Positions 10,850-24,238 of a stretch of DNA of 64,000 bases are shown piece by piece (position 1 is the first letter of the stretch; each line of letters begins with the position of its first letter). Under the pieces are notes generated by a model. It had not been told where the DNA came from, did not search any database, and was given only the letters and a program-made list of their open reading frames with translations. Position numbers and translations under genes: made by a program. This DNA is from Clostridiales bacterium (GTDB lineage Bacteria > Bacillota > Clostridia > DUPQ01), in the NCBI GenBank assembly GCA_023145435.1, contig JAGLDS010000002.1:12675-76674 (forward strand), in the 5' to 3' direction.

Positions 10850-11146
10850 CTATTTTTTGGGTAAGTTAATCTGTGGATTTTTTTTAGAAGCCTTGTATAA
10901 TACAAATCTATTACCAATAACTAATACAATCTCAGATTGTGTTTTTTTAGATATTTCTTCACATGCTTCTTTAGCTGATAATAACGAATTATTTAATACT
11001 GTAGCTTTAATAATTTCTTTAGTCTCAAAAGCTTCATTGAATTGTATAATTGTATTTTCGACAACACCATTTTTACCAACCTGAAAAATTGGTGATAAAT
11101 TATGTGCTAGCGATTTTAAGTAACTTCTTTGTTTAGTTGTAATCAT
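10850..11146 (-). CDS. yhbY: ribosome-assembly RNA-binding protein YhbY (CRM domain)
   Basis: 98 aa. KQRSYLKSLAHNLSPIFQVGKNG...EIIKATVL matches the YhbY/CRM signature. Lies downstream of obg. Confidence 0.8.
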   Translation of the reverse strand: MITTKQRSYLKSLAHNLSPIFQVGKNGVVENTIIQFNEAFETKEIIKATVLNNSLLSAKEACEEISKKTQSEIVLVIGNRFVLYKASKKNPQINLPKK

Positions 11147-11155
11147 TTTTAACTC

Positions 11156-12427
11156 CTATCTAATATATTCAAATTCTATCTCATATATGGAAACTATATC
11201 TCCCTCTTGAATGCCATAGTCCTCTAATGCTGCAATTACACCACTTTTACGTAAAGTACGTTGGAAATATTGTAGCGATTCAAAATCGTCCATATTTGTA
11301 GAATTTACTATTTTTTTTGCCCATTTCCCTTCAATAATGAAAACGCGGTCTTCTTTTGTTATAACAAATTTATCTTCCTCGATTGCTTCATAGTTAACGT
11401 AATCTTCATTAGCTTCAAATAATATTGTATCAGGTAATTCATTTATTATCTCATATGTTCGTTGCATTAACTGCTTTACATTTTTTTGAGTTACTCCTGA
11501 TATTTCAAACACTTCATAATCTCGTTTTTTCATCTCCGCTAGAAATGTCTTCATAATCTCTTTATCTGCAATATCACTTTTATTTGCAGCTACTATTTGA
11601 GGACGAGTTGCTAATTTTTCACTATATTGTAATAATTCTTTATTAATTTTATCAAAATCTTCTATTGGATTACGACCTTCACATCCTGACGCATCGACCA
11701 TATGTATTAATAATTTTGTTCTCTCAATATGTTTTAAAAACTCATGGCCAAGTCCAACACCTTCTGATGCACCTTCAATTAATCCTGGAATATCAGCAAT
11801 TACAAATTCGTTTTCAGCATCAATACTTACAACACCTAAATTTGGATGTAAAGTTGTAAAATGATAATCAGCAATTTTAGGTCGCGCTGATGAAACAGCA
11901 CTTAATAAGGTTGATTTTCCAACATTAGGGAAGCCAAGTAATCCTACTTCTGCTAAAAGTTTTAATTCAAGGATAACTTCTGCCTCTTCTCCCTCTTCTC
12001 CACTTTTAGCAAAGTTTGGGGCTTGTCTTCTTGGTGTAGCAAAATGTTGATTCCCTGCTCCACCTTTTCCACCACGGACTGCAACAAACTCTTGTAAGTC
12101 CTTTGATAAGTCACATAAAGGTTGTAATGATTCAAAATCTTTTAGAATTGTACCCATAGGAACTTTTATAATTATATCTTCACCTGATTTACCAGATCGA
12201 TTTCTCTTACTCCCATTTTCTCCGTTTTCTCCTACATATTTTCTTTTGTACTTAAAATCAACTAATGTTCTAGCATTGGCATCTGCTTGGAAAATAATGT
12301 TTCCACCATTTCCACCATCTCCACCATCTGGTCCACCATTAGCTACATATTTTTCACGTCTAAAAGAAATAGTACCATTACCACCATTTCCCGCTTTTAT
12401 ATATATTTTTGCTTCATCAATAAACAT
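11156..12427 (-). CDS. obg: GTPase Obg/CgtA
   Basis: 423 aa. Glycine-rich N-terminal Obg fold (GGNGGNG, GGPDGGDGGNGG), G1 GFPNVGKST, G3 DIPGLIEGA, G4 NKSD, and a C-terminal OCT-type domain. Confidence 0.96.
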   Translation of the reverse strand: MFIDEAKIYIKAGNGGNGTISFRREKYVANGGPDGGDGGNGGNIIFQADANARTLVDFKYKRKYVGENGENGSKRNRSGKSGEDIIIKVPMGTILKDFESLQPLCDLSKDLQEFVAVRGGKGGAGNQHFATPRRQAPNFAKSGEEGEEAEVILELKLLAEVGLLGFPNVGKSTLLSAVSSARPKIADYHFTTLHPNLGVVSIDAENEFVIADIPGLIEGASEGVGLGHEFLKHIERTKLLIHMVDASGCEGRNPIEDFDKINKELLQYSEKLATRPQIVAANKSDIADKEIMKTFLAEMKKRDYEVFEISGVTQKNVKQLMQRTYEIINELPDTILFEANEDYVNYEAIEEDKFVITKEDRVFIIEGKWAKKIVNSTNMDDFESLQYFQRTLRKSGVIAALEDYGIQEGDIVSIYEIEFEYIR

Positions 12428-12456
12428 TTATAACCTTCTTGTTCATATTATAACAG

Positions 12457-12496
12457 ATAAAATAAAAACCGCTCTAAGTAATACTTTGAGCGGTTA
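12457..12496 (-). terminator. rho-independent terminator between rpmA and obg
   Basis: On the minus strand: AACCGCTC (12495-12488), 13-nt loop, GAGCGGTT (12474-12467), then TTTATTTTAT. Confidence 0.6.
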
Positions 12497-12514
12497 GTAA
12501 TTCTTAATTAATAA

Positions 12515-12769
12515 TTACTGTACGATGATGCTTACCTGTTTTCTGTCTTTTCCCATTCTATGGAATCTAACTACACCATCTTCTAAGGCAAATAAAGTAT
12601 CATCTTTTCCTTTGCCAACATTTGTTCCGGGATGTATTCTAGTTCCTCGTTGTCTTACAAGAATATTACCAGCTAGTACAAATTGACCGTCGCCTCTTTT
12701 TACTCCAAGTCTTTTACTTTCACTGTCTCTACCGTTCTTAGTAGATCCAACACCTTTCTTATGAGCCAT
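12515..12769 (-). CDS. rpmA: 50S ribosomal protein L27
   Basis: 84 aa starting [24 protein letters not shown]. An in-frame TAA lies 6 nt upstream of the ATG, so no N-terminal propeptide is possible. Confidence 0.97.
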   Translation of the reverse strand: MAHKKGVGSTKNGRDSESKRLGVKRGDGQFVLAGNILVRQRGTRIHPGTNVGKGKDDTLFALEDGVVRFHRMGKDRKQVSIIVQ

Positions 12770-12786
12770 TGATTACACCTCCCTCT

Positions 12787-13131
12787 CTATTTTTCTACTT
12801 TAGTAGCAGTTTTCTTTGCTGCTACAGTAATTTTCTTAATTTCAACTTTAGTATAAGGCTGTCTATGTCCTTGTGTTCTTTTGTAACCTTTTTTAGCTTT
12901 GAATTTAAACACAATTATTTTTTTGCCTTTACCATTAGCAACAACTGTTGCTTTGACTTTAACATCTTTAAGATGTGGTTTGCCAAATTTCAGTTTTTTG
13001 CCATCTGAATAAGCTAATACTTTGTCAAAGGTAATACTTTTACCTTCTTCTACATCAAGTTTTTCAACAAATACGATGTCACCTTCTGTGACTTTATACT
13101 GTTTTCCACCTGTTTCTACGATTGCATACAT
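12787..13131 (-). CDS. rplU: 50S ribosomal protein L21
   Basis: The conserved N-terminus [14 protein letters not shown] begins at the internal Met of track ORF 12787..13191. A GAGGAGGA Shine-Dalgarno lies upstream. Confidence 0.95.
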   Translation of the reverse strand: MYAIVETGGKQYKVTEGDIVFVEKLDVEEGKSITFDKVLAYSDGKKLKFGKPHLKDVKVKATVVANGKGKKIIVFKFKAKKGYKRTQGHRQPYTKVEIKKITVAAKKTATKVEK

Positions 13132-13253
13132 TTTCTTTTGTTTCCTCCTCAGTCCTGTCTCGCCGAATGTAGGTATCATGTTTAAATGCATTTAAAAAAC
13201 CATATCCGTGCGGCTACCTGAAACATAATAACACAATGTCATGTGTATGTCAA
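13132..13253 (-). promoter_or_regulatory. near-consensus sigma-A promoter plus a ~85-nt 5' leader of rplU-rpmA (possible L21-leader type element)
   Basis: Minus strand: TTGACA (13253-13248), 17-nt spacer, TATTAT (13230-13225). The leader has the relatively GC-rich segments GGTAGCCGCACGG and CGGCGAGACAGGAC. I could not verify the fold by hand. Confidence 0.5.
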
Positions 13254-13315
13254 AAAACATATAAATAAGTTTTAATATAATTATAAATTCATTATACTAA
13301 TATATGTTACAATAA

Positions 13316-16806
<3,491 letters not shown>

Positions 16807-16807
16807 A

Positions 16808-17602
16808 TTAGTATAACTCCATTATTTTATTAATAGTATATTTAATTGTGTACGGATCAATTAATGATATTCCTTTAGTTTTACTATTACTTACTGATTG
16901 TGCATCTTCTAATCGTAAAAAACGTATTTCAACTGTTATAGGACTTTTAATTTTATATTTTTTCATATTATTAATATTTTTATATGCATCTTTAACACTA
17001 CTATATATCTCATCTAGTACGGTTGATGGATGTTTTAATAGTCCAGCATTTCTACCAATTGAATGTTTTGTAATAACACTTTTAATCCAAGGTAATGACT
17101 TTTCCCCTTGTGAAACCCCCATATTATCACTAGATATAAATATAACTGGTGCATTAATATTAGCTGTAGCTAATAGAGCATCTATTTCAATTTCACCTAC
17201 TGTTTTACTATTTAATTTTATATATTGATATTTAGAAGAATCACAAGTATGAGCTAATATTGCATGACTTGTATTTGCTTTTGCATGGTACCCTATTAAT
17301 AATACACCACTTATTTTTTTATCTTCTAATCCACTAAAGCGATGTTTTAAGCCAACACCTGCTAATATATCAACTCTTTTATCAAGTGACATATAATCAA
17401 GATTCAAACTACTACCATGATTATCCCAAACATATACTTTCTTTGCACCACAATCATATAAAGCTTTAGTAGCTTGATTTACTTCGCGAAGGGCTTGTTC
17501 ACAAGCGAATTTATATTGGATATTGTCATTTTTAAATCCTTTATTAGGAGTACCAACAACACCACTTATCCCTTCTAAATCCACTGCAATAACAAAATTC
17601 AT
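16808..17602 (-). CDS. M55 family metallopeptidase (DppA-like D-aminopeptidase)
   Basis: 264 aa. VDLEGISGVVG, WDNHGS and LIGYHAKA blocks resemble Bacillus DppA. Paralog of 34957..35775. Confidence 0.72.
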   Translation of the reverse strand: MNFVIAVDLEGISGVVGTPNKGFKNDNIQYKFACEQALREVNQATKALYDCGAKKVYVWDNHGSSLNLDYMSLDKRVDILAGVGLKHRFSGLEDKKISGVLLIGYHAKANTSHAILAHTCDSSKYQYIKLNSKTVGEIEIDALLATANINAPVIFISSDNMGVSQGEKSLPWIKSVITKHSIGRNAGLLKHPSTVLDEIYSSVKDAYKNINNMKKYKIKSPITVEIRFLRLEDAQSVSNSKTKGISLIDPYTIKYTINKIMELY

Positions 17603-17626
17603 AAGTTCCTCCTACTACTATTATTT

Positions 17627-19330
17627 TTAATTATAACACTCAAAGTTAAAATTACCAACAACTTCACATGTAAGTAACGCTCTATCATATATTCTCATTT
17701 TTTTCACACTTTTCCCAAGGTTAATAAAAGTTTTTCCATTGCAGTTAGTAAAATATGGGCTAAATCGTGAAAAGCCATATTGTCTTACTTTTCCATCATT
17801 AAATTTACCATTTAAAATACTTGAAATGATTTTTGGACCACCATCAACAATAATAGCTATATGATTATTACCTATATCTTGTACTTTTTCATTACAAATA
17901 TGTAAATTAGTGTACATACCATCACTCATGGTAAATTCTATTTGCTTATTTTTCCTAATAATTTTCATTCCTTGTCCAGATTCATCAATTGTATTAACCA
18001 ATTCTTCATCTAAAGTAATACCATTTAAAAGAAGTTCAATTGTAAAACCTTGTTTTAAGTCTTTTGATTTTCTATTAATTTCATTAACATTCATCATAGA
18101 CATTTTAGGAATTATTGGAAATTCACACTTCTTATTAGTTGCTTCAAAAATTAAATTACTTGTAATCTTTTTATTCATTTTTGAAAAATTGCAAATGGTT
18201 TTTATAAATGTATTATCAATTTCTATAATACTAGCTTTATCTTTATTTGTCATAGTAATAAAATATTTATTATCAATTTCAATAAAATCTGGATAACTCA
18301 TTCTTATTTGTGGATCGTCATCATATATTAGTATTTCTGGTTGAGACCAATTTATATAACCATTTATTTCTTCACCTAATAAGCACCATGCAGGATTTCT
18401 ACCTAAATACCCTTTTCCTCCATGATTATGAAACCAATATAAATATTTATCATTAGATAATTTCCATACAAAATTTGCAGCTCTTGGATGTTTTATTGGC
18501 ATATATTTAGACGGTTCCCATGATTTTCCTTTATCCCTAGAATATGAATAAGCACTTTTACCATCGGTTGTCCTAAAAACTGTAAAATATGAACCATCAT
18601 TTAATTTTACATAGCTTTGTTCCTCTGCTATTGGTCCACCTCCTATTGGAGTTTTTATCCCAATATCTCCTTTTGGTAAAGTTTCAAATTGAATTGATTC
18701 TACATTTTTTTCTATCATAATATTACTAGCTTTAATCAATACTCCTTCACTTCTAGTAAAAAAGTTTATTCCAAACCCACCTACTTTATGAATTGAAAGA
18801 TATGCATCATCATTATCTATTAATGGTTTTCCAACATTCCAAAAAAACTGTATTTCTCCATTATATGGATTTTCCAAATCGATTAAGAAATTTTTAATTG
18901 GAACTTCATATCTTTTTTTTGACCATGTTAATCCAAAATCATCTGAATATCTAAATACATAATATCCTTGTGAATCAACACGATAACAAAATCCATCTGT
19001 ATATGGTGGATTATCAGCTTTTAGTTTTCTTAAATTATCTTTATTAAAATTATAGAAACAATATACTCTTCCAAATTTAGTTTTTAGTAAAACTGAATAA
19101 GAGTTTTCAGGCGCATCATTTTCTTCTAATAAACGAAGATCTTGCCACGTCTTACCCAAATCAAGACTTCTCTGAGTAATTACTTTTTGACCATTTACTC
19201 CTTCATCACCACTTCCTGTTGTCATAGAACAAAGAATTACATTTTCATTATTTTTAATAATATATGGTTGATCCGAATAATTCATTGAAGGAATTTCATA
19301 ACTATTTTTACTATTACGCCAGTCATTCAT
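17627..19330 (-). CDS. BNR/Asp-box repeat protein (sialidase-like beta-propeller) with a C-terminal lectin/LamG-like region, cytoplasmic
   Basis: 567 aa. Three Asp-boxes (SLDLGKTW, SDDFGLTW, SRDKGKSW). No signal peptide and no obvious FRIP motif. Confidence 0.6.
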   Translation of the reverse strand: MNDWRNSKNSYEIPSMNYSDQPYIIKNNENVILCSMTTGSGDEGVNGQKVITQRSLDLGKTWQDLRLLEENDAPENSYSVLLKTKFGRVYCFYNFNKDNLRKLKADNPPYTDGFCYRVDSQGYYVFRYSDDFGLTWSKKRYEVPIKNFLIDLENPYNGEIQFFWNVGKPLIDNDDAYLSIHKVGGFGINFFTRSEGVLIKASNIMIEKNVESIQFETLPKGDIGIKTPIGGGPIAEEQSYVKLNDGSYFTVFRTTDGKSAYSYSRDKGKSWEPSKYMPIKHPRAANFVWKLSNDKYLYWFHNHGGKGYLGRNPAWCLLGEEINGYINWSQPEILIYDDDPQIRMSYPDFIEIDNKYFITMTNKDKASIIEIDNTFIKTICNFSKMNKKITSNLIFEATNKKCEFPIIPKMSMMNVNEINRKSKDLKQGFTIELLLNGITLDEELVNTIDESGQGMKIIRKNKQIEFTMSDGMYTNLHICNEKVQDIGNNHIAIIVDGGPKIISSILNGKFNDGKVRQYGFSRFSPYFTNCNGKTFINLGKSVKKMRIYDRALLTCEVVGNFNFECYN

Positions 19331-19487
19331 AAAAACACCTCACACAAAAAGAATAACATACCATTATGTATATTCCAATAAAGTATATTTACTATAAGTC
19401 ATAAAAGATGATTTTAACTAAATATTTAGCAACTTGTAAATACAATCAAAAACCAAATAACTATATAGTTATTTATTTATAATTTAC

Positions 19488-20777
19488 TTATAGTTTTTTC
19501 GCAGCATTTCTCGCTTCATAAATAGTCTTTTCTTCGTCAATAGTTAGTAATTCTCTATGTTCCATGAGAATATCTCCATTACATATGACTGTATCCACAT
19601 TACTACCTTGACTACTATAAACAATGGCTGATGCTGGATTATTTAAAGGTATGTTATTAAGGCAACTAGTATCTACTAAAATAAGATCAGCTTTCATTCC
19701 CTCTTTGAGCAAACCTAGATTTTCAAATCCTAATGCTTTAGCTCCGTTATATGTAGCCATTTGTATAGTAGTAGCTGCATTAACAACTGTTGGATCTAAG
19801 GTTGAACCTTTATGAATTAAGCTAGCTAATCTCATTTCATTAAACATATCAACCATATTATTACTTGCAGCACCATCTGTTCCAATGGCAACATTTATAT
19901 CTAAATCAAGCATATCAGGTACTCTTGCAATACCACTAGCTAATTTTAAATTACTAGATGGGTTATGAACTGACGTAACATTCTTTTCTTTTAAAATCAT
20001 CATGTCATCATCATCTACCCAAATTGTATGTGCTGCAATAACTGGAACATCAAATACCCCTGTTTTTAAACATTGTTTGATAGGAGTTAATCCTGTTTTT
20101 ATAATACTTTCTTCTACTTCAAATTTTGTTTCATGTAAATGTATATGAATAGAAGAATTCAATTCCCTTGCTAAAGTAGCATTTGCTCTTAGCATTGTTT
20201 CATCACACAGATAAACTGAATGAGCTTCAACTGATGTTTTTAGTTTCCCGTCATTTGCTAAATTATATTCATTATGAAAATCCTTGCAGAATGCTTTAGC
20301 ATACTCATGTCCTTTTTGCCATTGATTGCAAGTCATAAGTCCATAAGATAGGTTAGCTCTCATACCTGAATCTAATACAGCTTTTGCTACTACATCCATT
20401 TCATAATACATATCTAAAAAACAAGTAGTTCCAGATTTTATCATTTCAGCAATACCAAGCATTGTACCGCTTTTAACAATATCTCTAGTTATATTTTTCT
20501 CTTTTGGTAAAATATTTTTATGTAGCCAGTTCTCAAGAGTTAAATCATCTGCAGAATTTCTCATTAACACCATCATTGTATGTGTGTGAGCGTTTACTAA
20601 GCCTGGCATGGCAATTGATTCTTTACCTTCTATTACTTTATTTGGAATAAAATTTTCAGGTATTTTTTTACCTATATAGTATATAAGATCGTCTTTTATC
20701 GCTATATTATTAATTCCTATGTAGATATTATTAGCATCACCAGTAATAACATGCACATTTTTAATTAATATATTCAT
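19488..20777 (-). CDS. mtaD: amidohydrolase, MtaD/DadD-like 5'-methylthioadenosine / S-adenosylhomocysteine deaminase
   Basis: 429 aa. Metal-binding motifs VNAHTHTMM, HIHLHET and GTDGAASNN are typical of the MtaD subgroup. Last gene of the ahcY operon. Confidence 0.78.
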   Translation of the reverse strand: MNILIKNVHVITGDANNIYIGINNIAIKDDLIYYIGKKIPENFIPNKVIEGKESIAMPGLVNAHTHTMMVLMRNSADDLTLENWLHKNILPKEKNITRDIVKSGTMLGIAEMIKSGTTCFLDMYYEMDVVAKAVLDSGMRANLSYGLMTCNQWQKGHEYAKAFCKDFHNEYNLANDGKLKTSVEAHSVYLCDETMLRANATLARELNSSIHIHLHETKFEVEESIIKTGLTPIKQCLKTGVFDVPVIAAHTIWVDDDDMMILKEKNVTSVHNPSSNLKLASGIARVPDMLDLDINVAIGTDGAASNNMVDMFNEMRLASLIHKGSTLDPTVVNAATTIQMATYNGAKALGFENLGLLKEGMKADLILVDTSCLNNIPLNNPASAIVYSSQGSNVDTVICNGDILMEHRELLTIDEEKTIYEARNAAKKL

Positions 20778-20780
20778 TCT

Positions 20781-22022
20781 TTACTCCCAACTAGATAAAT
20801 ATTTTTTTTGATCATCCGTTAGCTGCTCAAGTTTTATATTCATGGCTTGTAGTTTTTTTCTAGCAACATAATCATCAATCTCTTTTGGTACGCTGTATAA
20901 ATGATTTTCTAAGGTATCCTTATTTTCTACAATATACTTTGCACATAATGCTTGTATTGCAAAACTCATATCCATAATTTCTGCTGGATGACCATCAGCA
21001 CACGTTAAATTAACTAATCTACCTTCGCCTAATAAGTTAACTGTTTTCTCATTTTCTAATGTATATCCTACAATGTTTTTTCTTCTTGTAATCTTTTTGA
21101 TAGCAATTTTTTCTAATTCTTCATATGAAACTTCTAAATTAAAATGGCCTGCATTACATAAAATTGCATTTTGCTTCATTTTCAAGAAATGTTTTGAAGT
21201 TATAACATCTTTACACCCTGTTACTGTAATAAATATTTCTCCATCATCGCAAGCTTCATCCATTGTCATTATAGAAAATCCATCCATCACAGCTTCAATA
21301 GCTTTTATGGGATCAATTTCCGTAACAATAACTTTAGCTCCAAGGCCTTTTGCTCTCATTGCAACACCTTTACCACACCAACCATATCCAGCTACAACAA
21401 TAGTTTTTCCAGCGATAACTAAGTTAGTTGTTCTCATTATCCCATCAAAAACAGATTGACCAGTTCCATAACGATTATCAAATAAGTGCTTACAATCAGC
21501 ATCATTAACATTCATCATTGGAAAAGTTAATTCATTAGCTTTATCCATGGCTTTTAATCGTACTATTCCTGTAGTTGTTTCTTCACATCCTCCATAAATA
21601 TTAGGTAATAGATGAGGTAATTTATTATGTAGCATATTTACTAAATCTCCCCCATCATCGACTATTACATTAGGTCCAAATTCCAAAGTGTGAAGTAAAT
21701 GATTCTCATATTCTTCCTTTGTTGATTGATACCATGCAAACACCTCAATACCAGAAGCCACCAAACCTGCACAGATGTCATCTTGAGTAGATAAAGGATT
21801 AGAACCAGTTACCCTAATATTTGCTCCTCCAGCTTTAATAACAGTAGCTAAATAGGCAGTCTTTGCTTCAAGATGAATTGATAATGACACTTTAACACCT
21901 GCAAATGGTTGTTCCTTTATAAACTGCTGTTCTAACTGAGCTAAAATAGGCATATTATCCTTAACCCAATTAATCTTTTGTAATCCACTCTCTTTTAATG
22001 ATAAATCTCTAATTTCACTCAT
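20781..22022 (-). CDS. ahcY: adenosylhomocysteinase (short, archaeal/Thermotoga-like length class)
   Basis: 413 aa. CEETTTGI, DNRYGTGQS, NAD site GYGWCGKGVA, and NAGHFNLEV. Confidence 0.92.
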   Translation of the reverse strand: MSEIRDLSLKESGLQKINWVKDNMPILAQLEQQFIKEQPFAGVKVSLSIHLEAKTAYLATVIKAGGANIRVTGSNPLSTQDDICAGLVASGIEVFAWYQSTKEEYENHLLHTLEFGPNVIVDDGGDLVNMLHNKLPHLLPNIYGGCEETTTGIVRLKAMDKANELTFPMMNVNDADCKHLFDNRYGTGQSVFDGIMRTTNLVIAGKTIVVAGYGWCGKGVAMRAKGLGAKVIVTEIDPIKAIEAVMDGFSIMTMDEACDDGEIFITVTGCKDVITSKHFLKMKQNAILCNAGHFNLEVSYEELEKIAIKKITRRKNIVGYTLENEKTVNLLGEGRLVNLTCADGHPAEIMDMSFAIQALCAKYIVENKDTLENHLYSVPKEIDDYVARKKLQAMNIKLEQLTDDQKKYLSSWE

Positions 22023-22849
22023 TTTAATTCTCCTATAATATTTTTAACAAATTTAATGAAGTCACTTTTGACTCTTGTAGTTGTATCCATAACTTCTTGA
22101 TGGGTTAGTTTTTTTTGTTCTACTCCAGCAGCCATATTAGTAATACATGATATACCCAAAACTCTCATACTTGCATGATTAGCTGCAATCACTTCTGGTA
22201 CTGTACTCATACCAACTGCATCTGCTCCTAATATACGAAGAGCTTTAATTTCAGATGGAGTTTCAAAGTTTGGACCTCTATAAAAAGCATATACCCCTTT
22301 TTTAACAGGTATATTAATATCATTCGCATGATTATTCGCAATTCTAATAAATTCTTTATCATATGCAAAAGTCATATCTGGAAAACGTGGGCCAAACTCT
22401 TCTAGGTTTTCTCCACGAAGTGTACTTGGTGCGAATAATCCTATATGATCAGTTATAATCATTAACATTCCTTCTTCAAAGTCAAGATTAACTCCACCAG
22501 CTGCGTTTGTAATAATAACCTTATTGATTCCAAGAAGTTTCATTACTCTAATACCAAACACTGATTTATCTAAATCATAACCTTCATAGTAATGAAAACG
22601 ACCTTTCATGGCTACTACTTGTTTCCCTTTTAAAATACCATATACTAATTTACCATCATGTCCTTTAACTGTTGAAACAGGAAAATGTGGAATATCACTA
22701 TAATTGATTTCAATTTTATCAGTAATTTCATTAGACAAGTCTCCTAGGCCAGAGCCTAATACTAAACCAATGGTTGGTTTTATTGTTATTCTTTCTTCTA
22801 TATATTTTCTGGCTTCTTCTAACTGTTTATAATAAAAATTCATACTCAC
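22019..22849 (-). CDS. punA: trimeric-type purine nucleoside phosphorylase (inosine/guanosine type)
   Basis: 276 aa. GSGLG, GRFHYYEGY, TNAAGG, GADAVGMSTVPEV and CITNMAAG, with Asn at the 6-oxopurine-specifying position. 4-nt overlap with ahcY. Confidence 0.88.
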   Translation of the reverse strand: MSMNFYYKQLEEARKYIEERITIKPTIGLVLGSGLGDLSNEITDKIEINYSDIPHFPVSTVKGHDGKLVYGILKGKQVVAMKGRFHYYEGYDLDKSVFGIRVMKLLGINKVIITNAAGGVNLDFEEGMLMIITDHIGLFAPSTLRGENLEEFGPRFPDMTFAYDKEFIRIANNHANDINIPVKKGVYAFYRGPNFETPSEIKALRILGADAVGMSTVPEVIAANHASMRVLGISCITNMAAGVEQKKLTHQEVMDTTTRVKSDFIKFVKNIIGELK

Positions 22850-22851
22850 CT

Positions 22852-24138
22852 CTATAATTCAATTTTAACAACTTTTTTTTGTTTCATTGCCACATCTGCT
22901 TCAAATCCAATAATATGACCATAAATTGAATCACTAATTTCTGTAGTAGATATTGATGTACTACTATCATTAATAAAACGGCAAAAATCTTCTGACAAAC
23001 GATAATCTCCACCACCATGACCACCACTATTATCAGTTTTAATTATCTGTTCATCAAATAATTCTTCACCAGCATCTCTTTTACCAATATTTGCAGTTCT
23101 TAGATATATTATACCATCTGTAATATCTCCATATATTTCAGCTTTTGTGCCAATAATATGAATTGTTCTTGAAGGTCTCATTGTTCCTCCCTGTAATACA
23201 TGTACCGCATGAGTTCCATCTTCATATTCAATCATAACACTTTGATGATCCATAACATCATTATCACATTTATAGACACAACGTCCAAGTGGATTGTTTT
23301 CTTTTAAACTCCACTCTAAAAGATCTTCTCCTTCTTTTTGTTTGAATTTGTCTAAATATTCTCGCGAATAATAACTCCAAACATCTGCATCAAGGTACAT
23401 TTTTTTAGCAGAATACATGCAATCTTCTTCAATATCACAATCTACTAAACATTTACTTCCAGCTCCTTTTGGTGCTTTTTCTTCTTTATATAAATAAAGG
23501 CCACCAAGACTTGAAACATGAGTTGGTTTTACTCCACTTTTTAACCAAGAAATAATGTCTAAATCATGGCAACACTTAGCCATCATAATATTAGATCCAC
23601 ATGTTTTTTTACTACTCCATTTCCCTCTTACGAATGCAGTTGCCATATGATGAAAAGATACATTTTCCTCTGTTACAATTTGTATTATTTCACCAATGGT
23701 TCCATCATTGATTAGTTCTTTAATCTTTACATAGAACGGTGCATACCTTAATACATGACAAACCATTACTTTACAATTATTTTTAATTGAAGTTTTATAT
23801 ATTCCTATAAGTTCTTCTTTATTTATTGCAATTGGTTTTTCAAGAAGCATATTATATCCAGCTTCTAATAATGGAATTGATGTTTTATAATGAATAGAAT
23901 CCATTGTACCATTAATAACTGCATCTGCTACTACTTTAGCTTTTAAAAATTCATCTACTGAATGAAACCTATTTTCTTTACTAATAAAAAACATATCACC
24001 CATTCTTTGTAATCTCACAGTACTAGGATCTACTACTGCAACTACTTTCATCAAATCAGGGTTTTCTAAAGAATAAGATGCATACACTTCACTTCTGTGC
24101 CCACATCCTATTAATGCTACTTTTACTAGTTTGTCCAT
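22852..24138 (-). CDS. Gfo/Idh/MocA family NAD(P)-dependent oxidoreductase
   Basis: 428 aa. N-terminal Rossmann fold (VALIGCGHRS) and C-terminal GGHGGGD motif. First gene of the punA-ahcY-mtaD operon. Paralog of 38081..39289. Confidence 0.8.
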   Translation of the reverse strand: MDKLVKVALIGCGHRSEVYASYSLENPDLMKVVAVVDPSTVRLQRMGDMFFISKENRFHSVDEFLKAKVVADAVINGTMDSIHYKTSIPLLEAGYNMLLEKPIAINKEELIGIYKTSIKNNCKVMVCHVLRYAPFYVKIKELINDGTIGEIIQIVTEENVSFHHMATAFVRGKWSSKKTCGSNIMMAKCCHDLDIISWLKSGVKPTHVSSLGGLYLYKEEKAPKGAGSKCLVDCDIEEDCMYSAKKMYLDADVWSYYSREYLDKFKQKEGEDLLEWSLKENNPLGRCVYKCDNDVMDHQSVMIEYEDGTHAVHVLQGGTMRPSRTIHIIGTKAEIYGDITDGIIYLRTANIGKRDAGEELFDEQIIKTDNSGGHGGGDYRLSEDFCRFINDSSTSISTTEISDSIYGHIIGFEADVAMKQKKVVKIEL

Positions 24139-24238
24139 TACTATACCTCTTTTAATTTTATAGAATTATTATACAACATATTTACATTATATATAATACA
24201 TAATATACTCAATACAATATATTTTTTAGGAGTTTTGT

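Noticed and set aside
10729-11084. Small ORFs at 10729-10917 (-) and 10857-11084 (+) at the DUF4364/yhbY junction.
   Set aside because: They overlap the 3' end of the DUF4364-like gene and the well-supported yhbY gene in alternative frames. They show no motifs and no ribosome-binding sites.
13132-13191. A 20-codon N-terminal extension of the L21 ORF ([20 protein letters not shown]...), and likewise a 42-codon extension of rsmH (63627-63752).
   Set aside because: The conserved protein N-termini (MYAIVETGG and MNIEFSHEPVLL) begin at internal Met codons. The rplU Met is preceded by GAGGAGGA. The rsmH extension would overlap mraZ, and the L21 extension would overlap its own promoter and leader.
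24139-24238. A SAH/SAM riboswitch or T-box leader upstream of the oxidoreductase-punA-ahcY-mtaD operon.
   Set aside because: The 100-bp spacer is almost pure A/T. It has no GC-rich paired segments or conserved riboswitch-like cores and has to hold two divergent promoters.
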